Virus record (IMG/VR): IMGVR_UViG_3300022682_000016
Location: 1 to 64,000 of that record
Length of the DNA: 64,000 bases
Source of the DNA: a virus
Direction: 5' to 3' (one strand)
This document shows positions 36,691 through 46,400 of this stretch, one piece after another (the stretch's first letter is position 1; each line of letters starts with the position of its first letter). The notes beneath the pieces are model-generated. The model saw only the letters and a list, made by a program, of their open reading frames with translations, was not told the origin of the DNA and made no database searches. Both the position numbers and the translations under genes were made by a program.

Positions 36691-37346
36691 AAACATTAAA
36701 AACATTTTTACAAGAGTCTGTTAGTCAACCGGGAGTATACCCTTGGTACCTGAAAGACATTACCCCAGATAAAGCATATAATTCAGTATCAACTCAATTA
36801 TTATCTAATTACAACAACTATTTAACCACATTAGAAACGCAATTCAAAAAAACAAAAGATGAGTCCTTAGCCGAGTTAGAAAAAACAAAAAATATTATCC
36901 AAAAAATACAGAGCTATAATCTAAAAGAATTGAAAGAAGAGTTATCAATTGATGTAAAGACTAACAAGAATATCTTAAAAAACATTATTAAAGAAAATTC
37001 AGAATATATTAATTACATTAAAACCCTGTTACAAACCACAAAGCTAACAGAATCAAAAAACACTTTCATAACAGAACTAAATATTTATTACAAAAACTCT
37101 GTACCAAACATAATTTCTACATATAATCAAAGTTTAAAACTATACAAAAAACAATATGCAGCATTAATAGATCCTGAAAATCTCCCAGAACCGGTTATAA
37201 AAGAACGGGTAGGTGCTAAATTAAATCTTCTTAAAAGACGCTTAGGGGAACTGGAAGAATCTATTGAGTATAGCAACGAAATGCTTATCAAAATAAATAC
37301 GCAACGTGATAATATCCTAGAAGCTACTAAAATTTTATCCAAATAG
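36687..37346 (+). CDS. Coiled-coil hypothetical protein
   Basis: ATGA overlap; K/E/L-rich heptads. Confidence 0.6.
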   Translation: MKTLKTFLQESVSQPGVYPWYLKDITPDKAYNSVSTQLLSNYNNYLTTLETQFKKTKDESLAELEKTKNIIQKIQSYNLKELKEELSIDVKTNKNILKNIIKENSEYINYIKTLLQTTKLTESKNTFITELNIYYKNSVPNIISTYNQSLKLYKKQYAALIDPENLPEPVIKERVGAKLNLLKRRLGELEESIEYSNEMLIKINTQRDNILEATKILSK

Positions 37347-37399
37347 TGGTTTCTAGGATTTATATCTAATTTAAAAAAATTCTTAAAAACAATATATTA

Positions 37400-37428
37400 T
37401 TGATTTTTTAGTGTTTTTTTGTTATTTT
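37400..37428 (+). promoter_or_regulatory. sigma70-like promoter
   Basis: TTGATT-N17-TATTTT. Confidence 0.4.
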
Positions 37429-37451
37429 GAATAAATAGAGGGTGATAACGC

Positions 37452-38018
37452 ATGGCATCAGACATAAAAATACATCATGATCTAAACTTTAGTAATGCCA
37501 GAAATCTTATATGGTATACAGGAGTATATCTATGCCTACCTCGTATTTTTATGAGTATTGTCAGGAAAAAACTTGTGCATCACCCATTAGTTGAGTCTGT
37601 TTTAATCCCCTTGCAAGTCGTAACAGACCCGGTATCTAAAAGATCTATAAATATAAATATTACTGATCGGTACTTTTTTATAGGAACAAAAAAAGAACTA
37701 AATTCAGAAACGGACATTGGGTTAGGTGGGTACGCACATTCAATTACATTACTAAGAAATAGGGAAAAATCGGACACCCCTTCAAAAATAAATATTGAGT
37801 CAATTCAACATGTGATAAACACTCATATTCGGCAGCGGTATTCTAATATCCAAGAAGATGTGACTGTGCATATAACAGGAGGAACGTTTAAGGATTGGTA
37901 TGGAGTTGTAGAAAAGAAAATTATATCTAATCCAGATACTGTTCATGTACGTTTTAATAGTGATGAGTATAGTTACAGCACTGATATGCCAACAGCCCTC
38001 TGCAAGACAACCTACTGA
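37452..38018 (+). CDS. NusG/RfaH-family transcription factor
   Basis: NGN-like WY, VLIP, RYFFI, PSKI; KOW motif VHITGGTFKDWYGVV. Confidence 0.7.
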   Translation: MASDIKIHHDLNFSNARNLIWYTGVYLCLPRIFMSIVRKKLVHHPLVESVLIPLQVVTDPVSKRSININITDRYFFIGTKKELNSETDIGLGGYAHSITLLRNREKSDTPSKINIESIQHVINTHIRQRYSNIQEDVTVHITGGTFKDWYGVVEKKIISNPDTVHVRFNSDEYSYSTDMPTALCKTTY

Positions 38019-38695
38019 TGGAAATAGAGAACTCCCAATATCAGTATGTAGTTACAAATACTACAGACATCGAATTTAATGAAAAACTGATAGATGACTG
38101 TGACCATAATTCAATATTGCACAATATTTATAATGATCAGCTTGGTCAACGTATCCCCGATATTGAAAATGTTCGTCGTAATATCGAAACTCACCTCACT
38201 AAAGAAGAGCTTTTAGATTTCTCATTGTTTAGACAAACAAAACCAACCCAAAATCAAGGTAGTTCTCAGGGTAAAAGAAGACACAGTAATGAAATACATA
38301 AAGTATTTTTATACAATAATTTTGGTAAGGCTGTAAGTTCAGGGGCAATCACTAAGAAACGAAAACGCTTATTAAAAGTATTGGCCTGTGTAGGTGAGCT
38401 GTTACGATTCAAGCGCCAATATAACATGGACCAGACACTGAAAGATATACTCACTAAAAAACAATATATAGTTCTTATGATGTATGAACGTAGAATACTT
38501 CTCAAAGATATTGTTGAACGTTTAAAACTGGCCAAATGGAAAGAAGGTAGGCCGACTAATAGAACTGTCACTGTTAGGTTCTACTCAGCTTTAGATAAAT
38601 TAAAGAAGTCAAATAATCCAAACATAGCTAAATATCTGGTCTTATTAAAAGCTGTTCTCAAATTCTCAAGAAAATACCCCAAATCTAAACATTAA
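38018..38695 (+). CDS. Putative HTH regulator (sigma region 4-like)
   Basis: ILTKKQYIVLMMY...LKDIVERL...TV...YSALDKLK. Confidence 0.45.
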   Translation: MEIENSQYQYVVTNTTDIEFNEKLIDDCDHNSILHNIYNDQLGQRIPDIENVRRNIETHLTKEELLDFSLFRQTKPTQNQGSSQGKRRHSNEIHKVFLYNNFGKAVSSGAITKKRKRLLKVLACVGELLRFKRQYNMDQTLKDILTKKQYIVLMMYERRILLKDIVERLKLAKWKEGRPTNRTVTVRFYSALDKLKKSNNPNIAKYLVLLKAVLKFSRKYPKSKH

Positions 38696-38821
38696 ATTTT
38701 TTTATTTTTTTGTTGATTAACACATTAGTAATTATTTATTTAATAGTGTAAAAGTTTTTTTATAGAAAGCATACCCCAACCTCTGTGCTTATATTTAGTG
38801 ACAACTTAACTAAGGACTATT

Positions 38822-39118
38822 ATGGCACGCAAGGATGGAACACCTCCAAATGTTAAAAGATTTACGGTTCAATTAGATGAGACTATGTATCGAGCAATTA
38901 AAAGTGTCTCTAATTATATTATACGAACTGACACGGGTATAAATTGTAAAACTTATGAATTAATTAATAAAATTCTAATTGTTGGGCTTGATAATTGGAC
39001 TAAAGATAAAAATCTTTTAGAAGCTATCAAAGGTACAGAGGCTAATATTCAAGTGACTAAAAATCTGAAAATGTCTAAATTCAAGCACGCTAAAGCAATG
39101 GCAGCATTAATTCCATAG
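38822..39118 (+). CDS. Ribbon-helix-helix-like DNA-binding protein
   Basis: KRFTVQLDETMYRAIK...YELINKIL. Confidence 0.5.
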   Translation: MARKDGTPPNVKRFTVQLDETMYRAIKSVSNYIIRTDTGINCKTYELINKILIVGLDNWTKDKNLLEAIKGTEANIQVTKNLKMSKFKHAKAMAALIP

Positions 39119-39273
39119 TGACACAAAACACAAATGATTTAAATCTTCTTGAACTTTACTGTACCTGTGAGGCTTATTTAGGAATAGTCTCTGCTGGTTA
39201 TGTAAAAGCTGTCCAATGCTATTGTGGTGAAGTAAATACAATAACACCGCCTTATCCGACTAATACAGATTAG
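39118..39273 (+). CDS. Small Com-like zinc-finger protein, 51 aa (not in the ORF track)
   Basis: GTG start overlaps the preceding TAG; LYCTCEAYLG...VQCYCGEVN. Confidence 0.55.
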   Translation: MTQNTNDLNLLELYCTCEAYLGIVSAGYVKAVQCYCGEVNTITPPYPTNTD

Positions 39274-39282
39274 GGCTAAAAC

Positions 39283-40164
39283 ATGTTTTTTAGTAACTTA
39301 TTAAAATTATCAGGGACTAGGGATGAATTAGTATCCAAATTATCTGATCAAATTAACAATATAAAATCACTGAATAGTGACTTAGAAAAGCAGCTGATAG
39401 AAGAACTTAAAAATAGTTATCTTAAAAATAAGGCGCATACAATACAATTTGAATTGGCTCAGTATATACGTCTTAGAAGAAAACTTAACTTGATCAACAT
39501 GCTTCCCCCAGAATTAGGGTTATACTCAGAAGCTTTGGAAAACGCAGTTAAAGCTAAGTTATTAAAAGTTGGACGACTAAAAACCGATTCGGTAAAAGAT
39601 ATTGAAGCTGAGTACTACACTATTTTAGAGACTAAATGCCCAAAAAATGACCTCGCAGATATAAAATTAACTAACAATATGTTAGCCAATATTGGACACA
39701 TCCTAACAACATCGGAAACTGTTATAGAAATATCCAATAAATGGGTAGACTACGTGTATAAAAAAATATTTGTAGGACTACCTCATTACGACTTTATTGT
39801 AAAATGGTATCGGAAAACTTTTCGTAAAGATGCTTGGAATTTGGAAGTAGCTACCTACGTTAAATATTTAGCTCGCATAATGAAAGAGTCTGATCAGTTT
39901 TATGAGATAGTTAAAAAACCTATTAAGAGAGCCTGTAAGAGATACCGGGAAATTATTGGGGAGGTTCCTGGAATTGTAATTACAGACGTTGTCCCCAATA
40001 ATGTGGATATATTTGATTTTATGTCCAGCATTTGGTTACTGGAAAATTACCATCCCAAAGACAACTTATTAATAACCAAAATAAAGAACACGTTATCCCA
40101 TAATAAAGAAGATATCAGAAAACGAGAAGATGAAATAACTAGACTGGAACGGATCGAGGAATAA
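39283..40164 (+). CDS. Hypothetical protein
   Basis: 293-aa ORF. Confidence 0.7.
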   Translation: MFFSNLLKLSGTRDELVSKLSDQINNIKSLNSDLEKQLIEELKNSYLKNKAHTIQFELAQYIRLRRKLNLINMLPPELGLYSEALENAVKAKLLKVGRLKTDSVKDIEAEYYTILETKCPKNDLADIKLTNNMLANIGHILTTSETVIEISNKWVDYVYKKIFVGLPHYDFIVKWYRKTFRKDAWNLEVATYVKYLARIMKESDQFYEIVKKPIKRACKRYREIIGEVPGIVITDVVPNNVDIFDFMSSIWLLENYHPKDNLLITKIKNTLSHNKEDIRKREDEITRLERIEE

Positions 40165-41060
40165 TGGCTAATCAGCTTTACCTATTAGATGGTCATGCAA
40201 TTATCTATAAATATTTCCATGGTTTTATTGATAACCCTCTTATTACAAGTAAGGGTTTAAATACCAGTGCTACTTGGGGAATGGCAAAAATAGTCACCAC
40301 AATTCTTAAAAACTACCCAGTAACACATATTGCAGTTATTTTTGATCCCCCCTACAAAAACTGGAGAAAACAGTATTATTCCGAATATAAAGCTAATCGA
40401 GAGCATAAAGACGATGTTTCCCCACAATTGGACATGGCTTATCACATGCTAAAAACATGGGGCATCTTCACAGCTGCCTATAAACCTTTGGAAGCAGATG
40501 ATGTTATCGGAATATTAGCTAAGAAGGGCTATGAGGCCGGATATGACGTTGTAATTGTCTCAAAAGACAAAGACATGGCTCAAATGGTTAAAGATGGTCA
40601 GAACGGCTCTATTCGACTCCTAGACCTTGGTAAAACTGTAGGTAAGGATACAGCTACCTTTATTGATTCTGAAGGTGTAAAAGAAAAGTTTGGTGTGTAT
40701 CCTGATAAAATACCTGAATTTTTGGCCATTCAAGGAGATAAATCTGATAATGTACCTGGAGTACCGGGAATCGGACCAAAAATAGCTGCTAAATACTTAT
40801 CAGAATATGGCTCTATTGGTAATATTTACCAAAATCTGGATAAGCTGACAAAATCTAAAAAATCCAATTTTGAAAGTGCTAGAGAGACTATAAAAAGAGA
40901 TTTAAAATTAGTCACCTTAGCATTAAAATACCAAATACCAGTCACACTGGACCAACTCAAAAAGCCTGCAACTGTCAATGGAGCCTTATTAGATCTCCTT
41001 GAAGAAGAGTACGAGTTCTACTCAATTATCAAGGAATTGGCTGCACCTGACACGATATAA
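40164..41060 (+). CDS. 5'-3' exonuclease / flap endonuclease (stand-alone Pol I N-terminal domain)
   Basis: LLDG, YKANR, EADDVIG, SKDKD, GDKSDNVPGVPGIGPK. Confidence 0.93.
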   Translation: MANQLYLLDGHAIIYKYFHGFIDNPLITSKGLNTSATWGMAKIVTTILKNYPVTHIAVIFDPPYKNWRKQYYSEYKANREHKDDVSPQLDMAYHMLKTWGIFTAAYKPLEADDVIGILAKKGYEAGYDVVIVSKDKDMAQMVKDGQNGSIRLLDLGKTVGKDTATFIDSEGVKEKFGVYPDKIPEFLAIQGDKSDNVPGVPGIGPKIAAKYLSEYGSIGNIYQNLDKLTKSKKSNFESARETIKRDLKLVTLALKYQIPVTLDQLKKPATVNGALLDLLEEEYEFYSIIKELAAPDTI

Positions 41061-41086
41061 AAAGTTTACATTTATCTAATTATTAG

Positions 41087-41115
41087 TTGACATTTCACAA
41101 AAATTAAGTTATCTT
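41087..41115 (+). promoter_or_regulatory. sigma70-like promoter
   Basis: TTGACA-N17-TATCTT. Confidence 0.65.
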
Positions 41116-41154
41116 TATATATAGATACAAACATAATCCCTTTAGGAGGTTTTT

Positions 41155-42264
41155 ATGAATAAGTCAGCTGTTTTTGTCATCGTCCTGTTAAACATTCTTA
41201 ATGTCTGTGCCTTAGACATTAACATCTTTGGAGAACCGGAAAACCCGTGGGTACAGTGGTGTGGTGATTGGTCTTGGCGTACCAGCTTCCTTGGGCCAGA
41301 CTCTTTTGCAGATTCATTATCTGAAGATTTGAGTATCTATGCTAATAAAAGAGATGCTTACAGAACAGATGGTTATTCCGGAAACACATTTTCTACTCAG
41401 GTTTGGTTTAAATTAATGCCAGATATAGCTGACACTATGACAGCTAAAAACTACCCTATTTATAAAGAGATTTATTACACAAATACGTCTCCTATCGAAC
41501 TTTGGCTTACAGACAGTGCTACTAAATTAAAATTATCAACTGTTAGTATACATACTAAAACTTCTGAATCATTTGAATCCTTAATAGATGATGAATGGCA
41601 TTATGTCTCGGTTAATTCCTATGCAGGTGATCCTGAAATTGCTGAGGTTTTTCAAGGTCCGTGGGGTCCAGAAACAAGCTATTATAGCTATGACACAACA
41701 AAATTCTACGTTGATGGTCAGTTCATAAGTTCAAGTACTATCTGGAGGAGTGTAGAAAACTTATACCATTCACATACCTATCTATTAGGTGTTGGATGTA
41801 GTGATACAACTGATAAAATTTTAAAGCCGGATTCTGCTTGGAATCCTGATAAAGGTTGGGTCGATGCTAGTCATTACTTCCCACGTTCAGAGTTTCCTGG
41901 TCGTATAGGTGCTTTGGAACTTGCCAGTGATGCTCGTTCTGAGCAATACATTATTAACCATTGGAACACCTACAAACCAACATCCTCAACTATGAAAACC
42001 ACTGTAGCTATGCCTTCGGTAAATGCTCCTTTACTGTCAGTGTTCCCAAACCCTGCTATCAGTAATCCTACTTTTAGAGTAGACACAAATATTCCTAATG
42101 CTAAGGTAAATATTTACAACATCTCAGGTAAGCTGATAGAATCATTAACGGTAAATAGCGGAAAACCTATCATATGGAGAAAGAACGTCTCATCAGGAAC
42201 CTATTTCTGTCAGATGCTTAGTAGTTCTAAGTCGTCTACGGTTAAACTTCTTATCCAACGGTAA
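41155..42264 (+). CDS. Secreted protein with a LamG-like region and a T9SS type A C-terminal sorting domain
   Basis: Signal peptide; DDEWHYV and FYVDG; C-terminal VFPNP, IYNISGKLI, SSGTYF, KLLI. Confidence 0.75.
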   Translation: MNKSAVFVIVLLNILNVCALDINIFGEPENPWVQWCGDWSWRTSFLGPDSFADSLSEDLSIYANKRDAYRTDGYSGNTFSTQVWFKLMPDIADTMTAKNYPIYKEIYYTNTSPIELWLTDSATKLKLSTVSIHTKTSESFESLIDDEWHYVSVNSYAGDPEIAEVFQGPWGPETSYYSYDTTKFYVDGQFISSSTIWRSVENLYHSHTYLLGVGCSDTTDKILKPDSAWNPDKGWVDASHYFPRSEFPGRIGALELASDARSEQYIINHWNTYKPTSSTMKTTVAMPSVNAPLLSVFPNPAISNPTFRVDTNIPNAKVNIYNISGKLIESLTVNSGKPIIWRKNVSSGTYFCQMLSSSKSSTVKLLIQR

Positions 42265-42306
42265 TAGTCAATTTTTACCACCCTATATTTTTTAAAGGAG
42301 AATTTT

Positions 42307-42801
42307 ATGAAGCGTACAATTATCTCACTGGTCTTGTTTATGTTCTCAATTCCAATGGCTGCTAAGATTACTGGGACAGGTGGATTTTGGTTAGGGATGT
42401 CAAAAAAACAAGTCGAAAATGTTAGTATAAGATACGATAACCCTGAACGGAAAGAAAACAGCTATGTTATAGAAAATGTTACTATGCCCGGTGTAGCGTT
42501 ACCTACAACAATTTATATAAATTTTAATGAGTATATGAAAGTAAATAACATTAAAGTTGCACTTTTTGGTACCATGAATCAAATGTCATATACACTTGAA
42601 TCTAAATATGGAGAATATACTGGTAGTTATAAAAAATTGGTAATGTTTTGTGGTGCAACAACTGTTAGATATTGGCATATTAATGGGCGAATATTAAAAC
42701 TTTCAGATAGCGGAGGAAATAATATTTATATTGAATATTTAGATCATAAAGAGGCTAACCGGTTATTAAGAGAACTTAACAAACATAAAAGTGCTTTTTA
42801 A
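42307..42801 (+). CDS. Secreted or periplasmic hypothetical protein
   Basis: Signal peptide MKRTIISLVLFMFSIPMAA. Confidence 0.65.
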   Translation: MKRTIISLVLFMFSIPMAAKITGTGGFWLGMSKKQVENVSIRYDNPERKENSYVIENVTMPGVALPTTIYINFNEYMKVNNIKVALFGTMNQMSYTLESKYGEYTGSYKKLVMFCGATTVRYWHINGRILKLSDSGGNNIYIEYLDHKEANRLLRELNKHKSAF

Positions 42802-42813
42802 ATAATAAACTAT

Positions 42814-43422
42814 TTAAGGTGTATTAAATCCTGTCAAAGCAAAGAAAGAACCGTCTTTAACAGCCATTAATGGTGATCTGAATGGATCCATAATCGGTTT
42901 CTTATCCTCATCTAGTGGAGGTGTATATAAACACCCTAAAACAACTCCCTCAATGATTCCATTAGAATCCAGTGGCGGGTAATATGCATAACCATTATTA
43001 AGATTCACCTTAACAATTGCTGAGCTTAGGTAAAATTCCACCTCCACCCGTCTTTTTGTTGGTCTGGGTAGACATATATGTGGATGGTCTTGATAGTCCA
43101 ATAATGCCGGTTCTGAGCGTCTTCTAAGGCACAGATAACCAAATGCACCGACTGTTGAGAAGTCCAACTTTACCCATGTTCGGTCATCAACTGCTAATCG
43201 ATTACCATACCCATCATAAGCAACTCCTGAATTGACCAAGACATATCCATTATTAGTTTGTCCAAGAATCTCAAAATTCCCATCTGTTACAGAATTTTTA
43301 GGTGCTGTAAATCCATTATAGGAACTGCTGCAAGAAGAACTTGAAAAGCTACTACTACTACAAGAAGAGCTTGAACAACTGGAAAATGATGAGCTTGATG
43401 AACTACTGCTACTTGAAGACAT
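42814..43422 (-). CDS. Tail-associated protein with an N-terminal poly-Ser tract; paralog of 51119-51676
   Basis: GVAYDGYGNRL, GYLCL, DYQDHP and RSPLMAVKDGS match motifs of 51119-51676. Confidence 0.75.
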   Translation of the reverse strand: MSSSSSSSSSSSFSSCSSSSCSSSSFSSSSCSSSYNGFTAPKNSVTDGNFEILGQTNNGYVLVNSGVAYDGYGNRLAVDDRTWVKLDFSTVGAFGYLCLRRRSEPALLDYQDHPHICLPRPTKRRVEVEFYLSSAIVKVNLNNGYAYYPPLDSNGIIEGVVLGCLYTPPLDEDKKPIMDPFRSPLMAVKDGSFFALTGFNTP

Positions 43423-43441
43423 TGTTTATTTCCTTAACTAT

Positions 43442-46400
43442 TTATCGTCTATCTACAATTCCGGGATATTTCATAAGACCTGTAAAGTGATTCCCAATAG
43501 CATTACGAGTAAGCTCCTCATAAGCTGTCATATCGTCCTGAGATAAAGCATATCCTCTATTAAATACAAATCTAGGAACACCTTTAAAAGGATCGTGTAA
43601 GAAGTCTTCTATCTTTGAATCTGGTATGAATACCACACCTTCTTCAACAGCTGCCTCTGTAACAGTTCTTTCAAGAGCTGTAAAACTTGACCCAGAGACT
43701 GAGGAAGAAGAGCAGCTTGAAAAGCTGGAGGATGATGAGCTTAAAGAAGATGAACAACTACTACTAGATGATGGAGATTCACTAGAAGAACAACTACTGC
43801 TTGAGCAACTGGATTCACTCATTGATGAGCTGGAACAGCTACTAAATGAGGAGGAACTTGATTCACTTGAGGATGAGCTGGAACAACTTAAACCACTACT
43901 TTCAGAAGATGATGATTCACTGCTTGAAGAAGAACTGCTTGAGGAAGATGGGAAAATCCAGTTAGTGTTGCTCCCACCATCAACACTTGTTCCGTCTGAA
44001 GCATCAACTGCGCTACCAAAAGAAGCGTTACTGTTAGAAACATCCACATAGGTTACCGATGGACTTGATTCATCAATATCTAAATTCCAAGAACCTGATC
44101 CTAATGTTTGTAGAGTTAATAAGTTTCCTGAAGCACCATCCCAAGAAATAACATTAAAATTGAATGTTCCCGAGTTTGAAAAGGATACTGTATCACCTTC
44201 TCTAAGAGTCATTAATCCAAAGGTAGAGAATGCAGATGTGAATGATATCGATAATTCTCCACCAGTTAAGGATTGTATATTTGGAAACACCGAGTTATCA
44301 AAATCGTAACTACCATTAGCTGCAATTATAAATGTACCTGTAATACCTACAGACACAGTATCAAATGTAGCACCGCCTCTAAAGTAAACATTTGAACCGG
44401 CTGTTAAGGTACAGTTGTCGAGATCCCAATTAGTAGCGTCTAAATATGCATTGGCCGTTGAGGTGATATTAGCAGTAGATGATAAGGTAGTTGCTTTTAA
44501 ACCACCATTAGAAACATCCTCATCAACATTGAAGGTATATGAACTTCCTCCTGTTATTGATACAACACCTAAATTAGTATCTCTATCAGCTTTTATAGTA
44601 ATGCTTGAAGTTAATGGGAATCTCCAAGTACCTCCAGTAGTTACAGTCGTTGGTCGTATTGTAGAACTTTCCTTAATAACTATTGTACCGGAAGATATAT
44701 TTACAGAACCTCCAACAATACTTGAAGCATCCTCCACAGTAAGGGTTCGACCATTAATGTTAAGTGTTTGAGAATAACTCGAAAATGTTATAGAGTTACA
44801 ATTAGCATCTGAGTGTATTGGGCAATCTCTAGTAGAATTACTATCAAAAATTACATCGTCAGATATTGTAGGAACACCTGCACCCCCAGAACCGCCAGAA
44901 ACTACTGACCAATTAAGTGGATCATTCCATGTTGGGTATGTTCCATCAGAAACGTAATACAAAGCACCAGTTGGACTCTGTGATGAAGATGATGAGGAAC
45001 TTGGACTAGTAGATGTACTACTACTTGAACAAGAACTGTTACTTTCTGATGAGGATGAACTGCTTGAACTCACACTTTCAGAAGATGATGAACTACTGGA
45101 TGAATTACTACTTGAACTTGAACAAGAACTTGAACTAAAAGAACTGCTAGATGAACAAGAACTGGTGCTTTCAGAAGATGATGAACTACTGGATGAATTA
45201 CTACTACTACTTGAACAAGAACCCACACTTTCAGAAGATGATGAACTACTGGATGAACTTATTGACGATATACTAGAAGAAGATGATGAGGATGAAGAAG
45301 ATCCTACGAAATCCCAGTTAGTGTTACCAGTACCATCAACGTTTGTTCCATCGGATGCATCCACCTCATTTGTAGCAGTAGAATCTTGTACTGCTACATA
45401 AGATACAGTCATACCGGCAGGGTTATCATAAAACCATTCAGACCCTGGTGTCGTGCTATTTAGAGTTACTAAATTGCCTGAGGTACCATCAATGTCACCA
45501 GCTGTGTAAGCATCAATCTGAACAGTCTCTCCAGCAGTCACGTCTATAGCTTTTCCAGGTTCAATTAACCATCTATTGAAATGGGCAGTGTCAGCTATTA
45601 CAGCTGTTCCTGTATGATTGAAAATTACGTCATAAAGAGTATTTCCTGCTGATGTTAATGTAGGGGCTGAACCTGTAAACGTTATTTGAGATGTGCCTGG
45701 ATCTACGGTAGTTGTCCCAGTGTTAACCATGGTAAAAGCAGTAGAAATATTCCATATAGATGTCTGAAAGTTAATATTAGCTGTACCATTATTTAGTTGA
45801 ATATATCTAGATGTAGTTATTGTAGAACTTCCATAATTAGAAGTCTTTGTTGACAATGCTTGTCCTGCATAATCATTAATAGAATATCCAGTAGTAATAT
45901 TATAATTACCAGTATTGAATTCAGTAACACAGGATGCATTGTTTATCTGATTATTAATGGTTAAATACCATATTGGAGCTGTGCCCTCACCAATATCATC
46001 AACTAAGGTATATGTTACTGTACCAGCTATTGCTGAACCCACATATATAATAACCCCAGTAGTAGTATTTGGAACATCAATATTTACAGATCCTGCTGAA
46101 GTTGTATAAAAATTAATTGTTTTATATCCAGTGTGACTTAATAATCCATTATTACTAACAAATGGGGTTCCCGTACCAGTAAGAATTAATGTCGTGGCAT
46201 TACCTGCCATATTTAATTCACCCGTAGCAGATGCAATTGTACAAACACCACCTATGTACAATGATGCAGTGCCTGTTACGGTTGTAGTTTTTCCTGCATA
46301 ACCACAAGTTACATTATTAAACTTATTGGAATTATTAGTAGCTTTATCTATATCTAAATTACCAGTACCTTGAAGATCCAAGTTACAACCAGTAACTGCT

